From assembly GCA_001724265.1 (NCBI GenBank), contig MEDY01000045.1:1-64000 (forward strand): DNA of 64,000 bases. Direction: 5' to 3'. A model generated the notes under the pieces. That model worked only from the letters and a program-made list of their open reading frames with translations. It ran no database searches and was not told the origin of the DNA. Both the position numbers and the translations under genes were made by a program. Of the stretch, positions 24,597 through 35,453 are shown piece by piece. Numbering within the stretch: position 1 is the stretch's first letter; each line of letters begins with the position of its first letter. The stretch comes from Rhizaria sp. SCN 62-66. Lineage: Eukaryota.

Positions 24597-27006
24597 ATGG
24601 ACGGCCTCGGTGCCTTCTCGTCAGGCACCTACGGAACGGCCAAGCCCGACGGCCAGGACCCGTCCCGTACTGCCACGAACCCGGGTGTTTCCTTCAACGA
24701 CGGGTTTTCCGCTACCAGCGGTCACGAGGCCGCTGACCTTATCGATATGGAGTCTATTGAGGGCCGCGGAGACCAGCCCCAGCAGCTGGCCGACCTCGTG
24801 TTCGAAGCCATTTGCAAAGACATCGAGGAGAAGCCCACTTCTAAGGGCAATCAGGCTTTCCGCGACAAGGTCTTTGAGAACTGCTCCCCGCAAGAAATCT
24901 CTCTTCGCAACGTTCGGTACGTCTTTGACTTCGCTTCCACAGCGCCGCCACACTTTGCCATCTTCACTCTCACTGCACTCATTCATCCTCCTTTTCTCCT
25001 CTGTTGTTGTTTACCGTCATGCTCTTAGCATGGGTCCTAACGGCGCCGCTGCGCTGACCAAGGCCATGCTGCCCCTGCCCGTCCGCAAGCTGGACCTGAG
25101 CCTTAACTCTCTCGGCGACGAGAGCGCAGTCGCACTCACCCGCGCCGTGCTCTCGATCCCGACGCTCAAGCACCTGTATCTCGCCTCCAACGGCATCGGC
25201 CTCACGGGCGTCATGGAGCTCTCCAAGTGCCTCCCGAACTTGCTCACACTCGACCTCTCCAGCTCGCCGCAGCACCCCTGGGGCAACCGCGTCGACGGCG
25301 CCACGTGCGCGGCACTCTCACGCGCGCTCTGTCGGCCCACTTCACTGACTTCACTCGACCTCTCGGGCAACCCGCTGGGCGCGGGCACCAGCGGCTCCAA
25401 GGCTACCGAGCTGCTTGCCGTCATGCTTACCAAGTACAACCGTACGCTTGACTCGCTCAACCTCTCGCGCACGGAACTGGGCACGCGCGGCGGCGCCACC
25501 ATCCTGGCCGCGCTGGCGCACAACCGCTCCGTGCGCCACCTCGCCCTGGCCGGCAACGGCATCGGGCCCGACATCGGCAAGGCCATCGAGGTTGTGTTCC
25601 GCGTCAATCACGTGCTGTGCGGGCTGAATCTCGCGCACAACCCGCTCGGCGGCGCCGTCGCGCGCTTCTCCGACGCGCTGTCTGCGAACCCCTCTATCGT
25701 CGTACTCGATCTGGAGGACGTCGCCGCCGGGGACGAGGGAGCGAGCGAGATCGCGCACGTGCTGGTTGCCAACCGGTCCATCACGGTGCTCTCGCTCGCC
25801 AATAATAACATCACAGAACGGTACGGACAATAACAAACAGTCATGATATTGACCAACTGCATGTATTATGAAGTAGAATGACATTGAACAATTACGCTAT
25901 CAATATTTCGTACTTATTCGCCTTTTTTTTGTTTTATTTTTGTTTTTGTCTTGCACAGCGGTGGCCAGATCATCGCGCAAGCGCTGTATCACAACCCTGT
26001 GCTCACGTCCCTGGACCTCTCCGGCAACCCGATCAAGGACGCGGCGGCGATCGAGATCGCCAAGGTGCTGGCCACCTCGACCACGCTCATCTCGCTCGAC
26101 CTGTCCTCGTGCAAGATCAGCGACGAGAGCGCGTGCCACATCTTCTCCGCGCTAGCCTCGAACCCGCACACGGCGCTGCGCAAGCTGCGGCTGCACAACA
26201 ACTTCATCTCGGGCGCCTCGGGCGACGCCATCCTCGACGCGCTGTACCGCAACCGCTCGCTGGTGACGGTGGACCTCAGCGGCAACCAGCTCGACCACGT
26301 GCGGCTCTCGAAGCTCAAGGCGCTGGGGCAGCGCAACCTGACGGCGATCCGCGAGGCCGAGCCGCGGCGCCTGCGGGGCGCGATCCAGCGCCTGCGCGGG
26401 CAGCAGCTCAAGCTGCGCAAGGCTGAGGCGCTGCTGCAGACGTACCGCGCGACGATCGCCGACACGCAGGGCAAGATCGACGAAGTGGAGCAGGAGAAGG
26501 CGCGCTTCCTCAAGAACCAGCTCGAGTGGCGCGCAGAGATCCGGAGCCAGATCCAGAAGGAGCAGGACGCGATCGCCGAGGCGAACAAAAAGCTGAGCGA
26601 GAAGCAGCACGAGCTGGCAACGGTGGAGAAGCAGTACGGCGACCGGCTGGCCGAGATGCAGCTCGCGCTCGACGGCGAGACCGAGACGCGCAAGGGCATC
26701 GAGCGCGACCTGGCCAGCGTGCGCAAGGAGCTCGAGGAGGCGATCCGGCAGCGGCCGAACAAGGTCGAGGACCTCAAGAAGCAGATCGACGCCGTCAAGG
26801 GCGAGAAGGCCGCGTTCAACAAGCAGCTGGTGCACGTGCGCAAGGAGCTGACGAAGCTGAAGCAGGCCTACGAGGAAGGCAAGCCGGTGAGCTACTTGGT
26901 GGAGCAGGCCAAGGGGCTGCTGCTGCACAATGCGGTCATCGAGGACGCGCAGAAGCGGGCGCAGAGTGCCGTGCAGGCGCCTAAGGACGATCTTGACGAG
27001 CTGTGA
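24597..27006 (+). CDS. RNI-like leucine-rich-repeat protein with C-terminal coiled coil (~719 aa, 3 exons)
   Basis: Exons 24597-24916, 25029-25820, 25959-27006; introns GTACGT..TAG and GTACGG..CAG keep the frame. Repeats such as LDLSLNSLG, LYLASNGIG, LDLSGNPLG, LSLANNNIT, LDLSGNPIK; E/K/Q-rich tail; ends TGA. Confidence 0.85.
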
Positions 27007-27364
27007 ACTGATCAGCCTTGATGATGATTTCACTCAGGCCAACCATGTCACGGTCAACGCGCAAAGAAGGGCCAAGTACAACGTGCACTTGTAGCGTCCA
27101 AGACCGGACGTTTTAGCACGATTTGAGTGTGCATATGTCCATGCAACACATGCTTATGTAGAATTAATACAATTGTGATCACAGCAAAAGTACATCACCA
27201 AGCCACGCAGCTATGGTACAATTGAAATTGACATTTTTGAACGTTAAAATCGCAAATTTTATGAAATTCTATTCAGAGTCATATCATGGTGTGATTGTGT
27301 TAGAATGTTTACCATGAGTCGTCACGCCTTGATTATGTCGAAAGCTGTCACATGCCAAGTCAAA

Positions 27365-29884
27365 TCAAAATTCACGACAATCAATATAGTATTGACAAAA
27401 AATTGACAGCGTTCCCGTTTGGGCACCAACGCTGCAGCTTTCCGCCTGACAGCGCGTCTCAAAGTACTGCAACACGGTGGCCTCAAAGGGTGCATCCTCA
27501 TAGTCCTGCAATGCAGCAGTCGTCCCTTCCACGCACGACATGACGCGGCCCACGGGCACTGCTCCACGCAACAGTCTTACGGGACAGGGCTTAAACACAA
27601 TAAACCAAGGCGTATCGGCCTGTCCTGCCGGGGTAACGGCGCGGGCATACATCAGCACTGTGCCGGCGGGGTACATCTCGGTCTTTTCAGGGGCAGTGCT
27701 CGCAGTCAGTGCTGGGTACTCACCAAAAACAATATCACTCTCGGGAAGCGATAAAGATACAGTGGCACAGGGAACCATGTCATTACACACGTACTGCGTG
27801 ACGAACGGCAGCGGCGACGCACGAGGTTGATCGGGAGGCACGAAACATGTGTGGACCCGGCTGCCCAAAGCGTTCCCATAGATCATCGTGCGGAAATAAG
27901 CGGCATTGCAAGGAAACCTATCATCATTAAAGCGAAGGACCAAGCTGAACGTCGTCTTCAGCTCCATATCGGCGTCGAAAAGCCTTGCCGTCAGCACCAT
28001 ATCTGACATCATGAGTTGAGCCTTGAGTTTCCCCCTTGCATAAACAAGAATGCGCTCGCGTGCCCTTGCTTGCAAGAGAGTCAGCGCCGCTGGAGACGGC
28101 ACACCGTTGACCCGAACGGAGGCAGGAAGTACCTCGAATGTCTAAGTGCCAAAGTGGAACGCAACCCGCCGTGGGTAGCCACACTCTACGAGGCAACACT
28201 CAATATGCTTGTCAAACACAGTTTGCCAGTCATTTTGCGACTGAACAAACTCGCGCGTCTCCACGACAGCTTGTAATCGCAACTTCTCTGTTGAGTCTGT
28301 ATCAGGCACAATCAAACCCATGCTGACAAGGAGAGTGCTTAGCTTCTTAAGCTCATGCAGCACCGGGTTGCGGTCATCAGCCTGCACACAGTCATCATAG
28401 CGTAGTAGCTCGAACGTTTGTAGCCCGCGGCATTCGATCAACTTGGCCACAAAGGGGTTCCGCGGCGTTTCACCGTTGCGGTCGGGTCCGACAGAGTCAG
28501 GCAGGGTGTCGCTGGTTGTAATCATCGTGCAAAGAAAATGCAATAGTTTAACGAGGGTATGTGGACTCAGACGCGGATTATAAGGCGTTCGTGCCTGATC
28601 ATGGTGCGACACAAGGAAATGTTTAAGGAATGTGCAGCAAGTATCGACAGCACCACAAGCAAGGAGCTGTTCCGCCGTGCTAACGCGCGTCACGTCAGAT
28701 GCTGAGCTTAATACTCTGTTAAATATCATGAGAGTATTGGTTGGCAGCGTGTGATAGCCAGTTAAACAATCGCCGCGAAAAAAGTCGACAATCGTGCTTA
28801 AGATGCGTGAGAATCCGGGTGAGCAAGAGAGCCGTTGAGAAAACTCAGGAAAATGAGTTGCCAATAAGGCGAGGAGGCACATGAACAAGTCTAAGGTCTC
28901 CATATTCCGAATTTCGTTTGAGTCAATGTACTGGAGAATACGACCAAGGCGATCAGCAGTAAACGCACATGTGAACGTGACATCATCAAAAAGGTAGACA
29001 AACGAAAGTAGTGACTACAGAGTCGTGAAATCTGATAGTTGCAACAACGGCTCAAAATGGTCGCTGATCGTGAATTCCGCAAGATCGCGGCGACGCTGCG
29101 CATCATCCGTCTCATTACCGCCTTCGGCACTGCCATCGCTGGCACTGGCGGTATCGCACTGAAACAAACTGTGCAGTGTAGAGTAGAGTGCAACGCGGAC
29201 GTATTTCCTGACCCCGAAAGACGGAAACCATCGCCGGACAATGCGAATCAGCATGGGAACAAAGCCAGAGACCGCGGAGTAAGGAAGCTGGGGCACAGCG
29301 ACTGACTCTATGGTGGTGCCAGAACGAAGTGCGATCAAAGCGTTGCCGAGATTGCGGTAGAAGTTAACATCATCAAAGACAACCCACGATGGGTTTTCGC
29401 GTCGTCGTTGTTCTACCTTGTACATAAATGACAGCACGTGATTCAGTGCAGCGTGCCTGACAGGTGAATCGACACTCGACTTGCGAGCAACAGTTGTCAC
29501 AATCTTCAAAATTGTGATCACCATATCTGCTTGCGGAAGATGAGACAGAGCAGCAGTAAGTGTCTCAACTGCGCCACACTTAGCGAGTACGTCACTACCG
29601 CCTGTAGACGAAGACACATCTTCAAACAAGTCGATAATAGCCTTAAGACGCTCAGCATCAATGTCGCCGGAAAGCACCAGCGACTGCAGAAGCAGCGTCA
29701 CGACCTCACTTTCGCCGAGGAGACCTACGTTTGGATGCGAACAAAAAGCGTGTTTAAGATCGGATATGGAGCTGGAATTTGCCGTCAGAGATACCACGCG
29801 ACTCACAGCGGCATATGTTTGAGTCTGCGCACGAGCGTCGAAAAGTTGCTGCCGACGCTCCAGTGCAGTGAGACGCTGTGCCAT
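27365..29884 (-). CDS. ~839 aa protein: helical (ARM/HEAT-like) region plus C-terminal degenerate cyclophilin-like domain; two internal TAG codons
   Basis: ORFs 29015..29884, 28142..28903 and 27365..28102 share one frame, separated only by TAG (29015-17, 28142-44) and stop-free linkers of 37 and 13 codons; ends TGA. C-terminus aligns by eye to cyclophilin motifs (LVLRFNDDRFPCNAAYFRTMIYG, IVFGE, AGTVLMY, WFIVFK, VPVGRV, YIDCREF). Confidence 0.7.
28142..28144 (-). other. In-frame TAG codon, apparently sense (FHFGT*TFEVLPASVRVNG)
   Basis: Joins two long ORFs in frame. Confidence 0.8.
29015..29017 (-). other. In-frame TAG codon, apparently sense (SDFTTL*SLLSFVYLFDD)
   Basis: Joins two long ORFs in frame. 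Confidence 0.8.
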
Positions 29885-30892
29885 TTGTGTGTGTCAACAC
29901 AGCGCTCGCTAATTGTGGGCGTATAGGTTGCAACTCGCAAGTGAAAAGGGTTTGGGGCCTTTGGGTCTCTCTTTTGTGGGTTGTGAGCAAAGTGGGTTGT
30001 GAGCAAAGATCTGCAAGCGGTGTGGGATTTGGTCTGCGAAGGCGAACCTCGTCCGCATCAAACACTTCAATCTGTGACGAACACAGTTCGTATCATCAAG
30101 AATAACAAGCGCTTAATTCAAAAATCGTCGATAAACTCCCATTGACGATCTAATTATGACATATTGTACACATATCACTGCGTTCTTCTGTGGGTGTACA
30201 AGTTGCCGGTCCCTTTCACCACAAAACGGTTCACCTTAGCCGATACAACGAATAACTCGATAATACCAATATCATCTCGACCGGGATTAACATATAATCT
30301 ATGCAATCATTGATTGTATCCATAAAGGCAAAACTCTTGGAGATAGATGTACAATGGACGCATATGCCACCGAGATATCTTCTAATCATCCTAGTCGATA
30401 GTGTGTGTGGTCAAAACAAAAGTGGTCACTGTCCAGGTGACTCTCGCGAACCGACCCGCTCGTTGGCGCAACATTCAAAGTGAAGTGCCTGGAACAAAGA
30501 GTCCGTTGTTAGGAGTACCTGTTTAACATGTTATTCTGTATACATGGTTGCATATGATACATAAATTATTTCGCCACCAGTCTTGTTGGTAACTCCTTTA
30601 GGGCAATGTACCGCGCCGACTGCGGAGTGCTTTTCTACCGCAGTTGACCTCGCGGATGCACCATCATTGACTGTCATTTATGGAGCTTAAGACGACTAAA
30701 TCCCCTTCAATAGCAACATAAACATCACAATGATCTTTAGATGGTGTATATACCTCCTAAATCACCACTAAGTTTACTGTATTCATCCTCCCGTCTCCCT
30801 TACCCTCCACCTGCAGCAGCTTCACCACTTTCTCTCGCGCCTCTTCAACCGCTGACAGCAAAGACCGTCACCAGCTCAACGACGCGTCCCCT

Positions 30893-33800
30893 ATGTCGTC
30901 GTCCGTGTCATTTGGCACCCCGTCCGGCGCCGCCCCACGCCCCGCGCGCGGCCCGACGTCCCAGGTGAAGCGCCCAGCGGGCCAGTCCAGCAAGGAGGTC
31001 GACTTCACCGAGGCCGCGGTGCAGGCCCGCGAGCGCGCCAAGCGCGTCAAGCCCGCCGTGGCGCGCGTGTCGCTGCAGCAGGTGCGGCGCTCGCTGCCCG
31101 TGTTTGACTACCGCGAGACGCTGCTCAACGCGGCGCGCGGCAACAAGAACCTGATCGTGGTCGGCGAGACCGGCTCCGGTAAGACGACCCAAATCCCTCA
31201 GTATCTCTACGAGAGCGGCTTTGCGAAGACTGGCATGATCGGTACGTTCTCTTTTTGGCTACAGGCAAAAGCTATGTATTTGACGTTCATTATTATTTCT
31301 TAGCTCAGTTCCGCTTTTTATATTGCTATTGAGTGACAACTTGACTCACGTCCCACTCTTTATCTTTGCTTCTCTTCCACTTGCGACTTTCCTACGCGCA
31401 GCCGTGACGCAGCCGCGCCGCGTCGCCGCGATCACGGTCGCGCAGCGCGTGGCGGAGGAGATGGGCGTCGAGCTGGGCGGACTGGTGGGCTACACGATCC
31501 GCTTCGACGACGTGTCGTCGGCCGAGACCAAGATCAAGTACCTGACGGACGGCATGCTGCTGCGCGAGATCCAGGTCGACCCGCGGCTGTCGCGCTACAG
31601 CGTCGTCATGCTTGATGAGGCGCACGAGCGCACGCTTAACACGGACATCCTATTTGCGCTGCTCAAGCGGCTGCAGGCGACGCAGCGGCCGGACCTCCGC
31701 GTCATCGCCATGTCGGCCACGCTCGATGCCGCCAAGTTCTCGACCTACTTCTACGACGCACCCGTTGCGCTGGTGCCGGGCCGCACGCACAAGGTTGACG
31801 TCAACTACACCGAGGAGCCCGTCAGCGACGTGGTCGAGGCGTGCGTGACAACGGCGATGGGGATCCACCTGGACAAGCCGCTGGGCGGGGACGTGCTATG
31901 TTTCATGGCCGGCTCCGACGACATCGACACCGCGAAACAGGTGCTCGAGGACCGCGCGAAGCTGCTGCCGGCCGGCGCACCGGGACTGGTCGTGGTGCCG
32001 ATGTACTCGACGCTGTCCCCCGAGCAGCAGCTCAAGGCCTTCGAACCGACGCCGCCCGGCGCGCGTAAGGTGGTGTTCGCGACCAATATCGCTGAGACAA
32101 GCATCACGCTTTCGGGCATCAAGTACGTCATCGACACGGGTGTCGCCAAGGTGAAGCAGTTCGTGCCGTCGACCTCGGTCGAGTGGCTCTCGGCGCATCC
32201 CATCTCCAAGGCCGAGGCCTTCCAGCGCTCCGGTCGCTCAGGCCGTGAGAGCGAGGGCGAGTGCTTCCGCCTCATGACCGAGGAGGCCTTCTTGGAGCTG
32301 CCGACGAGCGTGGTGCCTGAGATCCTGCGCTGCTCCATGGCCTCGGCTGTACTTGCACTCAAGTTCATCGGCGTCGACGACGTGCTGCACTTCGACTTCA
32401 TCGACAAGCCCGACAAGAAGGCACTCAAGCAGGCCATTGTGGACCTTATCTCGCTCGGCGCGCTCAGCGCCGCGGATATGTGCATCACGAAGTTAGGCCG
32501 CCTGATGGCCGAGTTCCCGCTGGAGCCGCACTACTCCAAGGTGCTAATTGCGTCCGCGGACCCCACGATCGCGGTGGACGAGTCTGGCGACGCATACATC
32601 GAGCACCAGCAGCGCGTTGAGCAACTTAAGGCCGCGCACGAGAAGAAGCGCAACAAGAAGGCCGCTGCTGCCGCCGCCGCCGCGAGTGGCGCTGCGGGAG
32701 CAAAGGGCAAGGACCTGAGTGCGGTGACGACCGCGGTGGGCGCCGACGACCTGGACCTGCCGCCTGTGCCGACGCCCTTCGACGCGTGCTCATTCGAGAT
32801 GGCCACGCTCGTCGCGGCAATCTCCGCCGACCAGATCCTTGTCACCGTCCCGTACGTTCACACACGCATCTGAGTATATCTCGATTATATTGCTATATTT
32901 AAACTTCTCAGCGAGGTTTTTGATATTTATATTCACATTTACATTATTTATTGTTATTTTTGTTTCTGTTGCACGCAATGTAGGAAGACCAAGGTGGCGC
33001 TGGTGGCCAAGGCCGAGGCCGCGCGCCGCCGCTTTGCCACGCCCGACGGTGACCTGATGATGCTGCTTGATATTCTCACCCAGTTTGGCGGGCTGCCGGA
33101 ACACCGCCGTGAGCAGTGGTGCAAGGAGAACTTTGTCAACGTACGTCTAGCAATAGCTCGAAACCGTCGCAATGAAGATGAATCATGCAGACTATATCAT
33201 TCGGATAGGCGTACACATTCTTATTATCATATTTTCACACTATTTCTTCACTCTACTTTTGTTCCTTCGTATTTGTTGCATATATTCTCCAGTTCCGCAA
33301 CGCCAAGATGGCGCTTAAGGTGCGCACGCAGTTGGTCGAGGCCCTCCAGCGCCACGGGCTCCCCATCGTCTCGTGCATCGCCACGGCCAATAACCGCGCC
33401 GCGCGCGACTCGGCGCTGCCTGCCACCGTTTCCGCTGCGGGCGGCGCCTCCGGGCTGGGCCATAATGAGACGGCGGGGCTTTTTGGCGCCGCGTTCGACC
33501 GTCTGGCGCAGACCGCGGACGTCGGCGTCCCGCTCGGCAGCGGTGTCGAGTCCAGCGGCAACGCCAAGTCGACTAAGGCCATGGGCTTCACGTCCCCGGG
33601 GTCGATTTCGTCCGCGCTGGCGTCGCCTGCGAAGCCGCTGGACAACCTCAAGAAGTGCTTGATCACGGGGCTGTACGACAAGGTCGCGATCCGGCTCAGC
33701 GATGGCAGCTACCAGACGTACGCGGACCAGCAGCAGGTGTCGATTCACCCGTCTTCGATCGTCATTCAATATCTGCAGCAGCACCGCAGCGCGCAGCAGG

Positions 33801-34615
33801 CCAAGCAGGCCAGCGCGCACTCGCGCGAACACGCGCCCATCGCCGCGGGCGACGGGGCGCGTGCGCCGCAGCCCAACAACGCGCAGCGCGGGCCCGGACA
33901 GTTCGGCACCACCGCGGGCCACGCCACCCGCGGCGGCAACAACAGCAACAACAGCAATACAGCGAACGGCACGAGCGCCGCGAGTAGCAGCGGCGGCGGC
34001 AGCAAGGGTAGCGAGTCTAAGGGCGCTGACGAGCACCCACACGCATGCGTGATCTTCCACGAGATCGTCATGACGAGCAAGAAGTTCATCCGCGACCTCA
34101 TGACGATCGACCCCGCGTGGCTGACTGATGTGAACCCATCGCAGTTTGCGTCGCTGCGCGCGCACCGCACGGCCGGCGGCGCCGCGCCCGCACCCGGCGA
34201 GGCCGGGTACGACCGCGACTACGACTCGTCCGTCTCGCACACCAACACGCTGCTGCCGGGGCAGCGGACGGCGTTCGCGTCGCTAACGAGCAAGGTGCTG
34301 CCGACGACCACGTCGCTGTCCACGGGCAAGGCCACGCACCTGGCCGCGCAACGCAACGCCGCCGCCGCCGCCGCTGCTGCGGGTGCTTCTGGTGCCGGTG
34401 CTGGTGCTGGCGCGAGCACGCTTGCTAAGGGCGGGAATCCTCAGCAGTACGGCACTCCTGCCAAGAACAACAACAACAACAAGTTCGGCCAGCAGCAGTC
34501 TGGCAAGAAGGGCAACAACGCGAAGCAGCAGCAGACGCCAGTGACTGTGCGCAGCGGCGTTGTCGTGAACCCGATGCTATTGTCGTCGGGCAAGCACGAG
34601 TCCTCCGGCTGGTGA
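30893..34615 (+). CDS. DHX33: DEAH-box RNA helicase, DHX33/Dhr2-like (~1092 aa, 4 exons)
   Basis: Exons 30893-31241, 31402-32851, 32984-33140, 33293-34615; all donors GTACGT. Motifs [58 protein letters not shown]2 and OB-fold segments ([27 protein letters not shown]). Short N-terminus favours DHX33 over DHX8/16; exact orthology not proven. Ends TGA. Confidence 0.85.
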
Positions 34616-35453
34616 ATATCGTTAGTCGAGCGCGCACATATAGATTAAAGTGATGAGTCATAATGCCAAAAACTCCGTTCGGGGCCATTGTTTCAGTTAA
34701 TAAGATCAATACAATGACACTTAGAAAACACAAGTAAATTGCGTGAAATAGAGATGTATTATACAGAGAGAGACATGCGCGTATAATTGCTGATCCTGAT
34801 CAAAGCAAGGTCTGCACGTTCAGTCCTTGTTGTCACACACTGATATCATAACACACACGTTTTGCATCAAGCAGGCGACGTCTTTTACGAAGACGTACAA
34901 GACTAATGAGGCTTGTAGTCGCGCAAATGCACAAATATGACAAGAGCAAGAAAACAGAGTCGTCGCACCAGTAGTAGCAAAAGGAGTGCTGTTGCGGAAT
35001 CGAACTAGATCCTCGACAAAAAGTGAGGGCATGAGAAGGGAAACGCTAACATACTAAGATCAATTTTAATACAAAAGGTAACATTCATTAAACAACTTTA
35101 CAAAGCATGAACGATCTGGCAATTGATACAACAACATGTTGCAGGGACAAATGCCAACGTAATGACACGGCATACACAGCTAATTCGAGAACAAAGCGAT
35201 ACTGAGATGATGATGTGCATGTAAAACGTGTCTTGAAAGAGTAGTCTAAGATAGTTATGAAAAAAAGAAAAGATAAGTAAAACAAAGCGTCAAGACGTCG
35301 AGAACTTCCGCGCAATTGGAATTGCACAACGTTACGACCGTCTTTATAAAATCAGTGTCGGTTCCTGGTCGGTGACTTATGAGCAGTGTCCAGCGGCATG
35401 TGAGAGACTTGCATAGTGTTAGCGGAAACCTCGAAGTGAGAGGGGCGCCGCGC

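Noticed and set aside
27004-27021. Possible TGA (or TAA) read-through, as for TAG
   Set aside because: Another in-frame stop follows within five codons here. At the other TAA/TGA ends the sequence shifts to non-coding composition, and Rab7 and CLUAP1 end at their expected C-termini.
30611-30655. Small inverted repeat (actgcgg...ccgcagt) in an intergenic spacer
   Set aside because: Short stem expected by chance; no tRNA or snRNA features.
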